From contig CAWJWJ010000002.1 of NCBI GenBank assembly GCA_963846575.1, forward strand, positions 96,001-160,000: a stretch of 64,000 nt of DNA, read 5' to 3'. This stretch comes from an uncultured Nitrospiraceae bacterium (GTDB lineage Bacteria; Nitrospirota; Nitrospiria; Nitrospirales; Nitrospiraceae). The position numbers and the translations under genes were made by a program. The notes under the pieces are model-generated. The model worked only from the letters and a program-made list of their open reading frames with translations. It searched no databases and was not told the origin of the DNA. Of the stretch, positions 21,386 to 31,965 are shown one piece after another; the stretch's first letter is position 1, and each line of letters begins with the position of its first letter.

Positions 21386-22501
21386 ATGGAAACGACTACG
21401 CAGCCGACAAGCAGCCAGCCCTCAGCTATCGAAAAAGTCTTAGCATTCGTCGATGAACGTGTGGGGCTCAAGACCCTGCAGGCGAAGATGCTCAATGAGC
21501 CGGTCCCGGGCGGATCGCGCTGGGCCTATGTCTTCGGGTCCATCCTGCTCTTTATCTTCATCATGCAGGCGGTCACCGGTGTTCTGCTGATGTTTTACTA
21601 CGTCCCGACTGCCGACCATGCCTACGCCAGCACGCAGTACATCATTCACAATGTGGATTATGGCTGGTTCTTGTTGGGGTACCACTTCTGGGGCTCGACG
21701 GCCATGGTGGTCTGTGTGTTTGCCCACATGTCCCAGGTGTTCCTATGGGGTGCCTACAAGAAACCTCGAGAACTGGTGTGGCTCGTGGGATTGGCCCTCT
21801 TCGGGATCGTGATGGGATTCGGATTTACCGGATACTTGCTTCCATGGGATCAGCGGGCCTATTGGGCCACGACGGTCGGTGTGGAAATCATGGATAAGAC
21901 GCCGGTCCTCGGTGACTTCATGGCTCGTTTTCTCAAGGGCGGCGCGACGCCGGGGCAGATGACATTGAGTCGATTCTTCGTGATCCACGTGATGGTCCTG
22001 CCGGCGGCGCTGATGGGACTGGCCGGCTTGCATGTGTTCCTCTTCCGCAAGGCCGGTCCGGCGGGCCCGTTCCGCGGCAGCGAGGAGGAAATAAAGGCGA
22101 AGACCGACTATTTTTTCCCGCGTCAAATCTGGAAAGACATGGTCGGCATGGTCCTGGTGTTCCTCATTATCTGCAGCCTGGCGGTGTGGGAGCCTGTGGT
22201 GCTCCTTGAAGAGGCGGCTCCTGACCCTGGCGACTACCATCCCGAACCGGAATGGTATTTCCTCTTCCTGTTTCAGCTTTTGCGGCTCAAGGTGTTCGCA
22301 GGGGAGTTCGGGCAGTTTCTTGGCGCGATCGCGTTGCCGGGCGCGTTCATGGCGCTGCTGGCCGCCCTGCCGTTTATCGATACCAGTCCGGAGAGGAATA
22401 TCTTCCGGCGACCGATCGCGTTGATCGGATGGATCGTGGTCATGGCCACCATTGTGATCTTCACCGTGGCGGCAATCATCAACCGCGAATTTTTGGATTA
22501 G
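21386..22501 (+). CDS. Cytochrome b subunit of a cytochrome bc complex
   Basis: FTGYLLPWDQ, PEWY, heme-ligand histidines. Confidence 0.93.
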   Translation: METTTQPTSSQPSAIEKVLAFVDERVGLKTLQAKMLNEPVPGGSRWAYVFGSILLFIFIMQAVTGVLLMFYYVPTADHAYASTQYIIHNVDYGWFLLGYHFWGSTAMVVCVFAHMSQVFLWGAYKKPRELVWLVGLALFGIVMGFGFTGYLLPWDQRAYWATTVGVEIMDKTPVLGDFMARFLKGGATPGQMTLSRFFVIHVMVLPAALMGLAGLHVFLFRKAGPAGPFRGSEEEIKAKTDYFFPRQIWKDMVGMVLVFLIICSLAVWEPVVLLEEAAPDPGDYHPEPEWYFLFLFQLLRLKVFAGEFGQFLGAIALPGAFMALLAALPFIDTSPERNIFRRPIALIGWIVVMATIVIFTVAAIINREFLD

Positions 22502-22519
22502 GCGGAGGGCCTCGAGCAC

Positions 22520-23545
22520 ATGACTGGTCGAGAGACGATGTCGTCATTTAAGTTAGGGATCAGTATTCTGTGGCCAGCCTGCTGGACTGCGTTGCCGATC
22601 AAGATGGCCTTTGCTTTATTGTTCATGGCAATGGGATCCATCCACATCGAGAACACGCTCGGGGTGACATTCTTAATGCTGCTGCTGACTCCGGTCAGCG
22701 TCTTTGCCTATTTCGTCATTTCCGCAGCATTAGGATTCCATTTCGCCGAGGGATCCGGCCTTCCTCTCCTCTTCATTCTGTCTATTCCAATCGATATATG
22801 GGCCTTGGGCCTCGTGGCGCGCACATTCTTTTTGGAGCAGCTGCGACTGGAACCCCCGACCTCGCTTGGATTGGGTCTGTGGGTGAAATTCTCGCTGGCG
22901 GGGGCGATCTACCTTCCGCTGTTGTGGTTCCTCGTAGGCGGAGCCACTGACATTGCGCGGGCTACCGTGAAGGCAGTCCTCGATATGGAGTCGTTCAAGC
23001 ATTTACCGGTCGCCGAACGGATCGGAGTCGAATTCACGGCATGGGGAAGTGTTTCCATGATCGTCCTCCTGCTGCTCACGTTCGTTGGCCTGTCGATTCT
23101 GGGAAAACTCGCACAAGCCCCTGCCAAGAGCGCCCAACCGGCCACCGGGTCGTACCAGGGTCTGATATCACGTTGGGACATGCTCCGCGTGCCGGCCGAC
23201 CAGGGGTTGATGTTAACCGCATTCACCGCGACCGGTGCGGTGCTCAGTGTTTTATTCTGGTCCGTGCTTCCCGTGTCGACGCCACATCCTCAAGAATGCT
23301 GTAAGCCCCCGGAAGAGACGGTGGTTGGTCACTTTGACCCTCAGAAAGTTTTAAGTACCGGCGAAAAGACCTTGAAGGCCGCGGAGCTCAAGATCGCCGC
23401 GCTGGAACAGCAGGCTGCCGAGGAAGACAAAGACAAATCCAAAGGCAAAGACAAAGACAAAGCTGGTGTCAAGGAAGGTTCCGCCAAGCACGACGGGAAG
23501 GCTTCGCAATCAGCAGCCGGAAAACCGGCGGGAAGCGGCAAATGA
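22520..23545 (+). CDS. Membrane protein of unknown function
   Basis: Multiple TMs, Lys-rich tail; inside the respiratory operon. Confidence 0.7.
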   Translation: MTGRETMSSFKLGISILWPACWTALPIKMAFALLFMAMGSIHIENTLGVTFLMLLLTPVSVFAYFVISAALGFHFAEGSGLPLLFILSIPIDIWALGLVARTFFLEQLRLEPPTSLGLGLWVKFSLAGAIYLPLLWFLVGGATDIARATVKAVLDMESFKHLPVAERIGVEFTAWGSVSMIVLLLLTFVGLSILGKLAQAPAKSAQPATGSYQGLISRWDMLRVPADQGLMLTAFTATGAVLSVLFWSVLPVSTPHPQECCKPPEETVVGHFDPQKVLSTGEKTLKAAELKIAALEQQAAEEDKDKSKGKDKDKAGVKEGSAKHDGKASQSAAGKPAGSGK

Positions 23546-23549
23546 CATC

Positions 23550-25463
23550 ATGGCGAATGACGAGGTACGAACAATGATGCACCAGGGTCCGATGGTCACA
23601 AATCAAGGGCATCCGCTCGTAGGGCGTGCCGCCTTACTGGCCGGATGTGTTGCGTTGCTGGGACTCGTGGGCGCGGCCGACATGGCGCTGGCGCAAGAAT
23701 CCGTCGCCGCACAGGCGCCCACAGCCTATCGGGACCTCCCGCTTATCGGCAGTCGAAATCTCGTGTGGATCATTGCCCAGCTCCACCTCCTGCTTGCCGG
23801 ATTCGTCTTGGGCGTTCCGATTTTTGCCTGGTTGTGCGAAATCGTCGGGTGGAAGTCGGGAGACAAGCGTTATGACAAGTTGGCAAAGGAGTTCACCAAA
23901 CTGCTGACTTCCTCCTACGCGACGACCGCCCTCTTCGGCGGGATTTTGCTGTTTCTTTTAATCGGCTTCTATCCGAAGTTGATGACGTACCTAACAGATA
24001 TCTTTTTCCCCTCTTTCCTCGTGTATTGCGCATTGTTCCTGGTTGAAACCGCCACACTCTACCTCTATTGGTACGGTTGGGATGCCATGTCCGAAGGCAA
24101 CGGGAAGAAATTTCATATATTCCTGGGCCTCCTCCTGAATGTGTTTGCCTTCTTCATTATGATCGTGCCGAACTCGTGGGCGACCTTCCAGGCCAGTCCC
24201 GTGGTCCTCGCAGAGGGTACCGACTTTGAGCGAGCGTGGGCCGCGACGTGGAATCCAACCTGGTGGCCGGTGAACGTTCATCGATTGATCGCCAACGTCG
24301 TCCTCGGCGGATACATTTGCGGTGCCTATGCAGGCATTCGTTATCTCTCGGCGAGAAGCCAGGAAGAACGCTACCACTATGATTGGATGGGCTACGTCGG
24401 GAATTTTATCGGCGTGTTCGGTCTTCTCCCCCTTCCCTTCGCCGGCTATTGGTTGATGCGCGAAATTTACCAGTACAACCAACAGATGGGCATCACGCTC
24501 ATGGGTGGATTCCTTTCCTGGTTGTTTATTCTGCAGGCCATGTTGATCGGCGTGCTGTTCCTGGGGTCGAACTACTATTTCTGGCTGGGAATTACGCATC
24601 GAATACCAGGATCCGAGGCTCAGTATCGCAAACCGATCATGGCCATGCTGATCATCCTCTTGCTTTGCCTCGCCGTCTGGATGACTCCCCACTCGCTCGT
24701 TGCCAGTTTGGCGGAGGCACAGCAAATGGGCGGCACGCACCATCCGTTGCTGGGTGTGTTCGGTGTGATGTCGGCCAAAATGACCGTCTCCAATCTCATG
24801 GTACTCGTCACGTTCATGAGCTTCATCATGTACTGGCGAGCGGGCAAGCAAGATACGGCGGGATGGGCCAAGGTCGCCAAGGCCGTCATGGGCGCCGTTC
24901 TGGCGCTGGCCGGTATTGCCGTGATCGTACTCGGTGTGTGGGGGTACTTTGTCCCCGCGATCATCCGGATCAACTATTTCTCCACGTCTCAAGTCGGCAT
25001 CGTCATCTTCGTGATGCTGACGATCACGCCGCTCACTGCGCTCCTTTTGAAAAGCGCGAAGACTACGACTGAAATGGTCTGGGGGAAAATGCCTCCGCGC
25101 GCCGGCTACGCGCTGGTGTTGAATGCGATCATGGTCATTCTGCTCATGACGCTGATGGGATATGCGCGGTCTTCGTCACGGGTGCATTGGCATGTGTACG
25201 GAGTGATGCGCGATTCGTCTCAATACGCCTTCTCTCCCGCGCTGGGTTATGCGGCTGCCTTGATGGCGTTAAATACGTTCCTGTTTTGCCTGTTGGTGGC
25301 CTTCATCTTCTGGGTTGCCACCATGGGTGACAAGGCCAAGGCGGCAGCCTCCGGAACCAAAAGCCAGGCTGAGCCGGGCGCGATTCCCGCGATGGCTGGT
25401 GGTTCGCACACATTGGATGGCGCCGGGCTCGATGTCCCCGTTAGACCACGTCCGTCTGAGTAG
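23550..25463 (+). CDS. Second cytochrome bd-like oxidase subunit I (His-rich; candidate alternative terminal oxidase)
   Basis: Paralog of 17895 (AQLHLLLAGF, YDWMGYVGN) with extra His motifs THHP and VHWHVYG. Start uncertain. Confidence 0.82.
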   Translation: MANDEVRTMMHQGPMVTNQGHPLVGRAALLAGCVALLGLVGAADMALAQESVAAQAPTAYRDLPLIGSRNLVWIIAQLHLLLAGFVLGVPIFAWLCEIVGWKSGDKRYDKLAKEFTKLLTSSYATTALFGGILLFLLIGFYPKLMTYLTDIFFPSFLVYCALFLVETATLYLYWYGWDAMSEGNGKKFHIFLGLLLNVFAFFIMIVPNSWATFQASPVVLAEGTDFERAWAATWNPTWWPVNVHRLIANVVLGGYICGAYAGIRYLSARSQEERYHYDWMGYVGNFIGVFGLLPLPFAGYWLMREIYQYNQQMGITLMGGFLSWLFILQAMLIGVLFLGSNYYFWLGITHRIPGSEAQYRKPIMAMLIILLLCLAVWMTPHSLVASLAEAQQMGGTHHPLLGVFGVMSAKMTVSNLMVLVTFMSFIMYWRAGKQDTAGWAKVAKAVMGAVLALAGIAVIVLGVWGYFVPAIIRINYFSTSQVGIVIFVMLTITPLTALLLKSAKTTTEMVWGKMPPRAGYALVLNAIMVILLMTLMGYARSSSRVHWHVYGVMRDSSQYAFSPALGYAAALMALNTFLFCLLVAFIFWVATMGDKAKAAASGTKSQAEPGAIPAMAGGSHTLDGAGLDVPVRPRPSE

Positions 25464-25526
25464 GAAGCGATCTTTCTCTGGCCTGCTGAAAGGCGGGCAG
25501 TGATCTTTATCCTTTGTTGAGGGCTT

Positions 25527-26147
25527 ATGAGCGAAGTTGTCAAACTGCAGCTAATCGGTCTATGCGTCGTCGGCTTCGGTACCATCATTCTTCTATTCAT
25601 CAAGTCCCAGTTCATCCGAGTCATCGGCTTTGTGTCGATTGTGCTGGGATTGTTTGCCCTGGTGGCGCTGGCCGTTCCACAAATGGCTTCGCTTCCGCCC
25701 GCAGAGGAAAGTATCAACATCGCCGACATCAAAACACCGACGGACATGGCCACCATCGGGCAGAAGATTTTCTTCAGCAAGGGCCAGTGCGCGCTCTGTC
25801 ATTCAATCGGGCCCAGCGAATCGGCCCGTTGCCCTGACTTGAAGGGCATCGGGGCTAAGTTGTCGCGCGAGTTCCTCTACGAGAGTTTGACGGAGCCACA
25901 AGCCTATCTCTATCTGGATTTCCGGCACGAGGGCATTCCCAAGGAATACCCGGCCAGAATGCCCTATATCAATAAGAACCCCATCGGCTTGTCTAAGAAT
26001 GAAATTCTCTCGGTCATCGCATTTTTACAGCAAATGAGTGGTGAGCCTATCAGCGTGAACCCGTCGGAACTAGATCTGCCGCGTGCGACCCCGGCGCCCG
26101 TCAAGGCAGCTGATGCCGGTTCACTCGCCATCGCTCAAGCCCGATAG
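25527..26147 (+). CDS. Membrane-anchored monoheme cytochrome c
   Basis: Two TMs; CALCH. Confidence 0.85.
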   Translation: MSEVVKLQLIGLCVVGFGTIILLFIKSQFIRVIGFVSIVLGLFALVALAVPQMASLPPAEESINIADIKTPTDMATIGQKIFFSKGQCALCHSIGPSESARCPDLKGIGAKLSREFLYESLTEPQAYLYLDFRHEGIPKEYPARMPYINKNPIGLSKNEILSVIAFLQQMSGEPISVNPSELDLPRATPAPVKAADAGSLAIAQAR

Positions 26148-26173
26148 TTACCGTCGGAGTGGAGGAGGAAGAT

Positions 26174-26899
26174 ATGGGAGGCGTACTCGTTAGACCGATT
26201 ATACTCACGGTCTTGATTTATCTCTTTTTGAAATTCATCGTCCCTATTCTGCCGCATTCCGCGCCCTTACCATCAAGTCTGATCTTTCTCTATTTGATGC
26301 TCACCACTGCGGGGATCGTGATTTTTGCGACTCTGAGTGGGGCGTCTAAGGATGCGTTTTTCGGCCCGATCTTCCGGTTCTTGACGGGTGAAAGCGGCGG
26401 GGCGCTCAGCGGGGCACGATATCTGGTGTTGGCCCTCTTCCCGTTATTGGTGGGATGGCAGACCTATGGAAGCACGGCTTCCAGTGACGCGCCTCCAGCT
26501 GAAAATCGCACGATTCACCCTGCTCCCCCCGGGGAGTACACCGGACTCTCGAATCCCGTTCCGAAGACCCCGGACAACATCATGTACGGGAAGGGCCTCT
26601 ATGCCTCGCGTTGTTCACCCTGCCATGGAAATTTCGACGGTAAGGGTTTTGCCGCGCCTGGCTTCACACCTCCGCCGGCGAATTTTAAGGATCCGACCAC
26701 GATTGCGATGCTTCAGGAAAGTTATCTGTTCTGGCGGATCAAACGCGGCGGCGTGGGCCTTCCCGTCGAAGGCATGCCCTGGAAGTCGGCGATGCCACGT
26801 TGGGAGCTGGAGCTGTCCGATGAGGACATCTGGAAAGTCATTATGGGCGAATACGATGGAGCCGGACAAAAGCCCCGCACGTGGGATGAGTCCGAATAA
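26174..26899 (+). CDS. Membrane-anchored monoheme cytochrome c
   Basis: N-terminal TMs; CSPCH; YLFWRI...SAMP. Confidence 0.85.
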   Translation: MGGVLVRPIILTVLIYLFLKFIVPILPHSAPLPSSLIFLYLMLTTAGIVIFATLSGASKDAFFGPIFRFLTGESGGALSGARYLVLALFPLLVGWQTYGSTASSDAPPAENRTIHPAPPGEYTGLSNPVPKTPDNIMYGKGLYASRCSPCHGNFDGKGFAAPGFTPPPANFKDPTTIAMLQESYLFWRIKRGGVGLPVEGMPWKSAMPRWELELSDEDIWKVIMGEYDGAGQKPRTWDESE

Positions 26900-26939
26900 T
26901 TTCTCCGACCAGGGATCGCTGAGCAACTAAGGGGAGCGT

Positions 26940-27767
26940 ATGGCACGAGTGAGGAGCGCAGGAGCAAAATGGTGGATTGGGGCGGTCAGCCTCATGGGAC
27001 TCTGTCTCACCACCGGGCAACAGCCGGCTTTTAGCCAACAGAGCGTGGCCGTTCGTGCCACTCTCGTAAAGGGAGCGCTTCCGGCCGATGACCCGACAGC
27101 AGCTGTGTGGGCAACGGCTCCGGTCGCCGAGTTTCCCATGTCCCCGCAGGTGCATTGGCCGGTTCGTATTACCGAAGTGACCGCGAAGAGCGTGAAGGTC
27201 CGGGGACTGCACGATGGAACCAACGTGGCCATTTTGCTGGAATACAGCGACCCGTCTGAAGACCCTGAGGACGCGGCGGCCGTTGAATTCATGGTAGGCG
27301 ACAGTAAGGCTCACTTCGCCCATGGACAGCCTATGGCGCAGGTCCAGGGTGGTCCCGTCAACATTTGGTACTGGAAGAATAAGGATAGCAAGGGCGTGGA
27401 CATGGGAGCAAAAGGTTTCGGCACCCTGAAACCCCATGCACACCAGAATGTGAAAGCCAAAGGGGTGTACCAGGGGGGAGTCTGGAAAGTCGTGTTCACT
27501 CGACCCCTGAACACCGAATCCCTGGAGGAAGACACCCAGTTTGAACTGGGTGAATTCGCCAGCATTGCGTTTGCGATTTGGGACGGAAAAAAGATGGACT
27601 CCGGCCAACCGAAAGAGAAGGGATCCGAGAAGGCGATTTCGTCATGGTGGTACTTCCGGGCTGATGCGCCGCCGGACTATTCGCCCTATCTCTACGCAGT
27701 TCTCGCGGTGGGCTTGGCTTTGGGTTTCGAGTTGGTCCTCGTGAGACGTTTAAAGAAAGGGTCCTGA
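26940..27767 (+). CDS. Ethylbenzene dehydrogenase gamma-like (EbdC/NxrC-like) heme b protein
   Basis: Signal peptide; WKVVFTRPL, AFAIWDG, EKAISSW motifs; C-terminal TM. Confidence 0.75.
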   Translation: MARVRSAGAKWWIGAVSLMGLCLTTGQQPAFSQQSVAVRATLVKGALPADDPTAAVWATAPVAEFPMSPQVHWPVRITEVTAKSVKVRGLHDGTNVAILLEYSDPSEDPEDAAAVEFMVGDSKAHFAHGQPMAQVQGGPVNIWYWKNKDSKGVDMGAKGFGTLKPHAHQNVKAKGVYQGGVWKVVFTRPLNTESLEEDTQFELGEFASIAFAIWDGKKMDSGQPKEKGSEKAISSWWYFRADAPPDYSPYLYAVLAVGLALGFELVLVRRLKKGS

Positions 27768-27769
27768 GC

Positions 27770-28783
27770 ATGAGGGCGTGGCCAAGAATACGTGTCATCG
27801 GAACGATAGCAGGGGTGGTTGGACTCTCGGGACTTCTGGGAACCGGGGGATGTTCGATGTTTCAGAACGAACAGGCTGCCAAGGGTAAAAAGCTTTACGC
27901 CCATTACTGCATGCATTGCCACGGGGAAAATGGACGGCAGAACGAGGGCTTCAACTGGTCCTCGATGAGCGATCCGAAGCCCAAGGATCTGTCCAACAAG
28001 GAAGAGATGGGCACCTTCAAGGATGAAGAAATCTTCAACACCATCTCTCGCGACATGAAAGATACCGCCCCTGGAGGGGATAAGATCGGTGACGATGAGT
28101 TTGCCGTTCCGACGATGCCTACCTTCAAGCACACGCTGTCGGAGGAGGAAATCTGGAGCATTGTCGGGTATGTGCGTTCGCTACACGGCAAGAAGCTGGA
28201 GTTTAACGTCGAGGGCCGGAAGAAGGAGCTTCAGGACGCCGTTCAGGCGGCGGAGCAGAAATTTAAGGAAGCCGAGCGCGTAGCCCAGGAAGCTGAGAAA
28301 AAGGCCAGTGATGAGGCGGAAAAGAAAGGCGTCGAAGTAGATGACGATGCCTATTTGAAAGAGATGCAGTTGATGGGGCAAGCCAAGAAAGAGCTCGATC
28401 AAGCCACTGCGGCTCTCGCAAACTTTACGATCAGGCCTGGAAAGGGCGTGAATATCGCCCGTCCCGACATGACGATGAAACCCGAGGCCGCAACCAAACT
28501 GGCTGAGGTCGGCAAACAACTGTATGCGACGAAGTACGGCTGTAATGGATGTCACAAGATCGGCGAGGAGGGTGGGAAGGTCGGACCCGCTCTGGATCGA
28601 GCCGGGGTTCGGCTTAATCCGACCTGGGTGTATCGTTGGCTTCGAAACCCGCAGGCGATGAAATCCGATACCAGGATGCCGAGTCTGGGTCTCAATGATA
28701 CTGATGCAAAGGCTGTCGCGCTGTATTTAAAAACGCTACGCGCTCCGAAGCCGGATAAACCTCTTGGCAAGGTCGGCGATTGA
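27770..28783 (+). CDS. Diheme cytochrome c lipoprotein
   Basis: CMHCH and CNGCH separated by a coiled coil. Confidence 0.87.
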   Translation: MRAWPRIRVIGTIAGVVGLSGLLGTGGCSMFQNEQAAKGKKLYAHYCMHCHGENGRQNEGFNWSSMSDPKPKDLSNKEEMGTFKDEEIFNTISRDMKDTAPGGDKIGDDEFAVPTMPTFKHTLSEEEIWSIVGYVRSLHGKKLEFNVEGRKKELQDAVQAAEQKFKEAERVAQEAEKKASDEAEKKGVEVDDDAYLKEMQLMGQAKKELDQATAALANFTIRPGKGVNIARPDMTMKPEAATKLAEVGKQLYATKYGCNGCHKIGEEGGKVGPALDRAGVRLNPTWVYRWLRNPQAMKSDTRMPSLGLNDTDAKAVALYLKTLRAPKPDKPLGKVGD

Positions 28784-28897
28784 TTCGGCAACCGCGGACG
28801 AAGGGTCGTTGAGGCTGGCTGTCCTGATTCGCACCACTCGAATTAGAACTGCTCGAGAGCGCCGGTGAAGGGAGTGCATCGGGCTCGGCCAGCCGAG

Positions 28898-29788
28898 TTA
28901 AATCGTGCCGAGCCAGATGCCCAGTAGAATCAGCATTCCCGCATAGACGTGTTGCTGAAACAGGACGGCAGCCGACCGAGGGCTCACAGAAACTTTCAGA
29001 CGTTCGACCTGCCACCAGAACCATCCCGCGACGAGAACCAGGACGGTATAGTACCCTAGCTGTAGGTTGGTGGCCTGCCCGGCCCAGACCAGGCAGGCCA
29101 CCATGCCCGCGAGAAAGACTCCAACCGCTGAAGGTACCGCTTTCCCGAAGTAGAGGGCGGAGGATTTTACCCCGATGCGGCGATCATCGTCCTGGTCCTG
29201 AAGGGCGTAGATCGTATCATAGGCCAGAGCCCAGCAAATGGTGGCGCCAAAGAGCAGCCATGCCGGAGGGTCGATCCTGCCACGCGAAGCCGCCCACGCC
29301 ATAATGGCTCCCCATCCGAAGGCCATTCCCAGCACCGCTTGCGGAAGGTGAATCCAGCGTTTGCTGAAGGGATAGATAGCCGCCAGGAACAGCGCGATGG
29401 GGCTCAGGAGTATGGTGAATAGGTTGAGCGTCCATACGAGAAGTCCCGCAGAGATCGCGAGAGTCAAGGCGACGATCAGCGCCTGATGCGGCACCAGGCG
29501 GCCATTGGCCAACGGCCTTCCCCTGGTTCGCGCGACCTGTCTGTCAAAATCACGATCAGCCAAATCGTTCAAGACGACGCCGAGACTGCGCATGACGAAT
29601 GCGCCGAGGATGAATATGCCCATTAACGCCATGGACGGCCGACCGTGGGACGCCAGGACCAGGGACCAGAGGCTTGGGAGCATCAACAACCACGTTCCTG
29701 ACTGGTTGCGAAGGCGGATGAGGTCGGCGACAGCGGTCCACGACAGGGGGGGTATTAATCGATCGGCTGGATCGTTCGCGAGGGTCAC
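28898..29788 (-). CDS. ubiA: 4-hydroxybenzoate polyprenyltransferase
   Basis: NDLADRDFDRQVART, YPFSKR, YDTIYALQD. Confidence 0.9.
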   Translation of the reverse strand: MTLANDPADRLIPPLSWTAVADLIRLRNQSGTWLLMLPSLWSLVLASHGRPSMALMGIFILGAFVMRSLGVVLNDLADRDFDRQVARTRGRPLANGRLVPHQALIVALTLAISAGLLVWTLNLFTILLSPIALFLAAIYPFSKRWIHLPQAVLGMAFGWGAIMAWAASRGRIDPPAWLLFGATICWALAYDTIYALQDQDDDRRIGVKSSALYFGKAVPSAVGVFLAGMVACLVWAGQATNLQLGYYTVLVLVAGWFWWQVERLKVSVSPRSAAVLFQQHVYAGMLILLGIWLGTI

Positions 29789-29881
29789 GGTGGGACCATA
29801 ACCGAGCAGAGCTGGACTGTCAACGCGACCAGGGGAGAGGCGGTTGTCATGCTGTCATCAGATTGGGTATAACGAACCATT

Positions 29882-31861
29882 GTGCGGCAACACCTGCGTG
29901 GATGGATAAGGGCTCGTGCGCGATGGTCATCGAGGCGTCTTCTGGCGTCCTGCTTGTCGATGGTGCTGCTCTCGGCGGGATGCCCATTTTTTGCCCAGCG
30001 TTCCGCTATTCCCACCAACTACAACCTCCCGTTGACCGTTCTGTTGCGGATGGATCCGAGCATCGCTGCGGCGATGCTCGAGTATCGTAATGCCTGCGGC
30101 CAACCGGTCACGGCATCGATTCAGGAACATCTTCAGCGTCAGCTCACGAAGCGCCTGACGCAGGTGTTTGAAAAGGTTCAGGTAGTCACAGGAGGATCTC
30201 CCGGTGCCGCTGACGGCGCGGTGGATGTCGCCCTGGGATTTCGGGAAGTAAACCTGTTCGTTCCTCGCAAGTCCAACAAGTCCTATCCTGCGACCGTGAC
30301 AATCGGACTGGATTTTTCCTATATCGATCAACAAGGAGAGGTGCTTCATAGCAAGAAGCTGCAGAGTGCGGCCACAGGTGAGGTCGAGGCCCATGCGGAC
30401 AGCTGTGACCTCACCGGCTTCGATTCGGTGGCGCAAGAGACAGTTGCAATCCTGGCAGAGGGCATGGCGCAGCAATTAGGCACCGCCGCTAGAATCCGGG
30501 AACAGGCCCAGCTTCCTAAAACCTCGCGCACCGTAGGCGTCCCACCGGTTCCGTCGCCATCTACTGCATCGGCGGAAGCCGCCGTCCCGGTGACGGCGAT
30601 CTCCCCGGCTGTCCCACAACAAACCGGCGGGGTACCATCCACGCCCGCCGCGGCGGTGCCTGTTGACCCACCAACGACGCCGACCAGACTATCCTTTCGT
30701 ACCATCATTCGTGACGACAATCAGAATCATGTGCTGGAGCAGCAGGAAGCCTTTAGCGTGGAATTCGAGGTCAAAAATGAAGGCACGGGCGTCGCGCAGT
30801 CCGTCGAAATCGATTTGAGCGGCCATTCTGCTATTGTCAGCGGCCTCAAGTCACCGGTTTCCTTGGGATCGTTACAACCTGGTGAGGTTCGGCGGGTGGC
30901 GGTCGATGGCAAAGTGGGATCGGTTCCAGACTTGGAGCAGGCAGAATTGATCTGTGCCCTACGGGCCTCCGCGAATGTGGAGCTTCCCTCGTCGAAGAAG
31001 TTTTTCGTGGCGATCCGTCCGGATCGAAGCGATGCGATTGAAGTCTTGTCGGTTGATGTCGACCAGTTACCAAAACTGAATGGAAAATCACCCCAATCGC
31101 AGGCCATTGGCATCGCCATTGGGGTGGGGACTTTTCGTGATGCCGCCATGCCGGTCATGAAGTTTGCGGCTCACGACGCTGAGGTGATGGGCGGGTATTT
31201 TACCCGTGTCTTTGGCATTCCTTCGTCACAGGTGAAGATCGTGACCGACAGTCAAGGACTCAAGGACGACCTGATTGAGGTGTTCGAACAATGGTTGCCA
31301 AAACAAGGCGCCTCGCAACAGACGGCCTATATCTACTTTTCGGGTCGGGCCGTGGTCGATCAAGAGACGGGTGCGGTGTCCCTGCTGCCCTTCGATGGGT
31401 CGTCGACTGCCGGGGGGCGGGTGTTCTCGCTGGCCCGGCTTCAACGGGCCCTGGCCCGCGCGTCGGTGAAAAAGATCATCCTGATGTTGGATCTTTCCTT
31501 GGAACCCGTGGTGGGTGTTCAACAGCGACATGCTGTGCCGCCGCAGTGGATGCCGCAGGCGGTTGAAGGGGACAAAGGCCGGGTTCTGGTGATGGTAGGA
31601 AATTCCGTCGCGCAGGAGGCGTTGGCCTATCAGCCTGGGCAGCATGGACTCTTTACCTATTTCTTGTTAAAGGGGCTCCGTGGAGCAGCCGACCTGGATC
31701 AGAACGGAACCGTAGTGACCAAAGAACTCTGCGGGTATGTGCAGGAACAGGTCACTTCCATCGCCCAATCCACCTCGGGTAGTATTCAGAAGCCTATCTG
31801 TGTCCCGGAATTGGATCGGGCGTCCTCCCTCGGACACCTTCCTCTGAGCAAATCGCGCTGA
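29882..31861 (+). CDS. Probable lipoprotein with a C-terminal caspase-like (C14) domain lacking the catalytic dyad
   Basis: LSAGC lipobox-like; FAAHDA, YFSGRA, HGLFTYFLLKGLRGAADLD. Confidence 0.7.
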   Translation: MRQHLRGWIRARARWSSRRLLASCLSMVLLSAGCPFFAQRSAIPTNYNLPLTVLLRMDPSIAAAMLEYRNACGQPVTASIQEHLQRQLTKRLTQVFEKVQVVTGGSPGAADGAVDVALGFREVNLFVPRKSNKSYPATVTIGLDFSYIDQQGEVLHSKKLQSAATGEVEAHADSCDLTGFDSVAQETVAILAEGMAQQLGTAARIREQAQLPKTSRTVGVPPVPSPSTASAEAAVPVTAISPAVPQQTGGVPSTPAAAVPVDPPTTPTRLSFRTIIRDDNQNHVLEQQEAFSVEFEVKNEGTGVAQSVEIDLSGHSAIVSGLKSPVSLGSLQPGEVRRVAVDGKVGSVPDLEQAELICALRASANVELPSSKKFFVAIRPDRSDAIEVLSVDVDQLPKLNGKSPQSQAIGIAIGVGTFRDAAMPVMKFAAHDAEVMGGYFTRVFGIPSSQVKIVTDSQGLKDDLIEVFEQWLPKQGASQQTAYIYFSGRAVVDQETGAVSLLPFDGSSTAGGRVFSLARLQRALARASVKKIILMLDLSLEPVVGVQQRHAVPPQWMPQAVEGDKGRVLVMVGNSVAQEALAYQPGQHGLFTYFLLKGLRGAADLDQNGTVVTKELCGYVQEQVTSIAQSTSGSIQKPICVPELDRASSLGHLPLSKSR

Positions 31862-31965
31862 AGTGCACTGGCCGGACCTGTCCGGTACGCTGAAATTCTG
31901 CTAGACAGCCCACCCACCTTCTCCGTAGCATATTATGCAGGTCGTCCGGATCCCCCTGCCCAATC

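Noticed and set aside
23991..24992. 333-aa minus-strand ORF and similar antisense ORFs in the respiratory cluster
   Set aside because: Shadows of well-supported plus-strand genes in GC-rich DNA.
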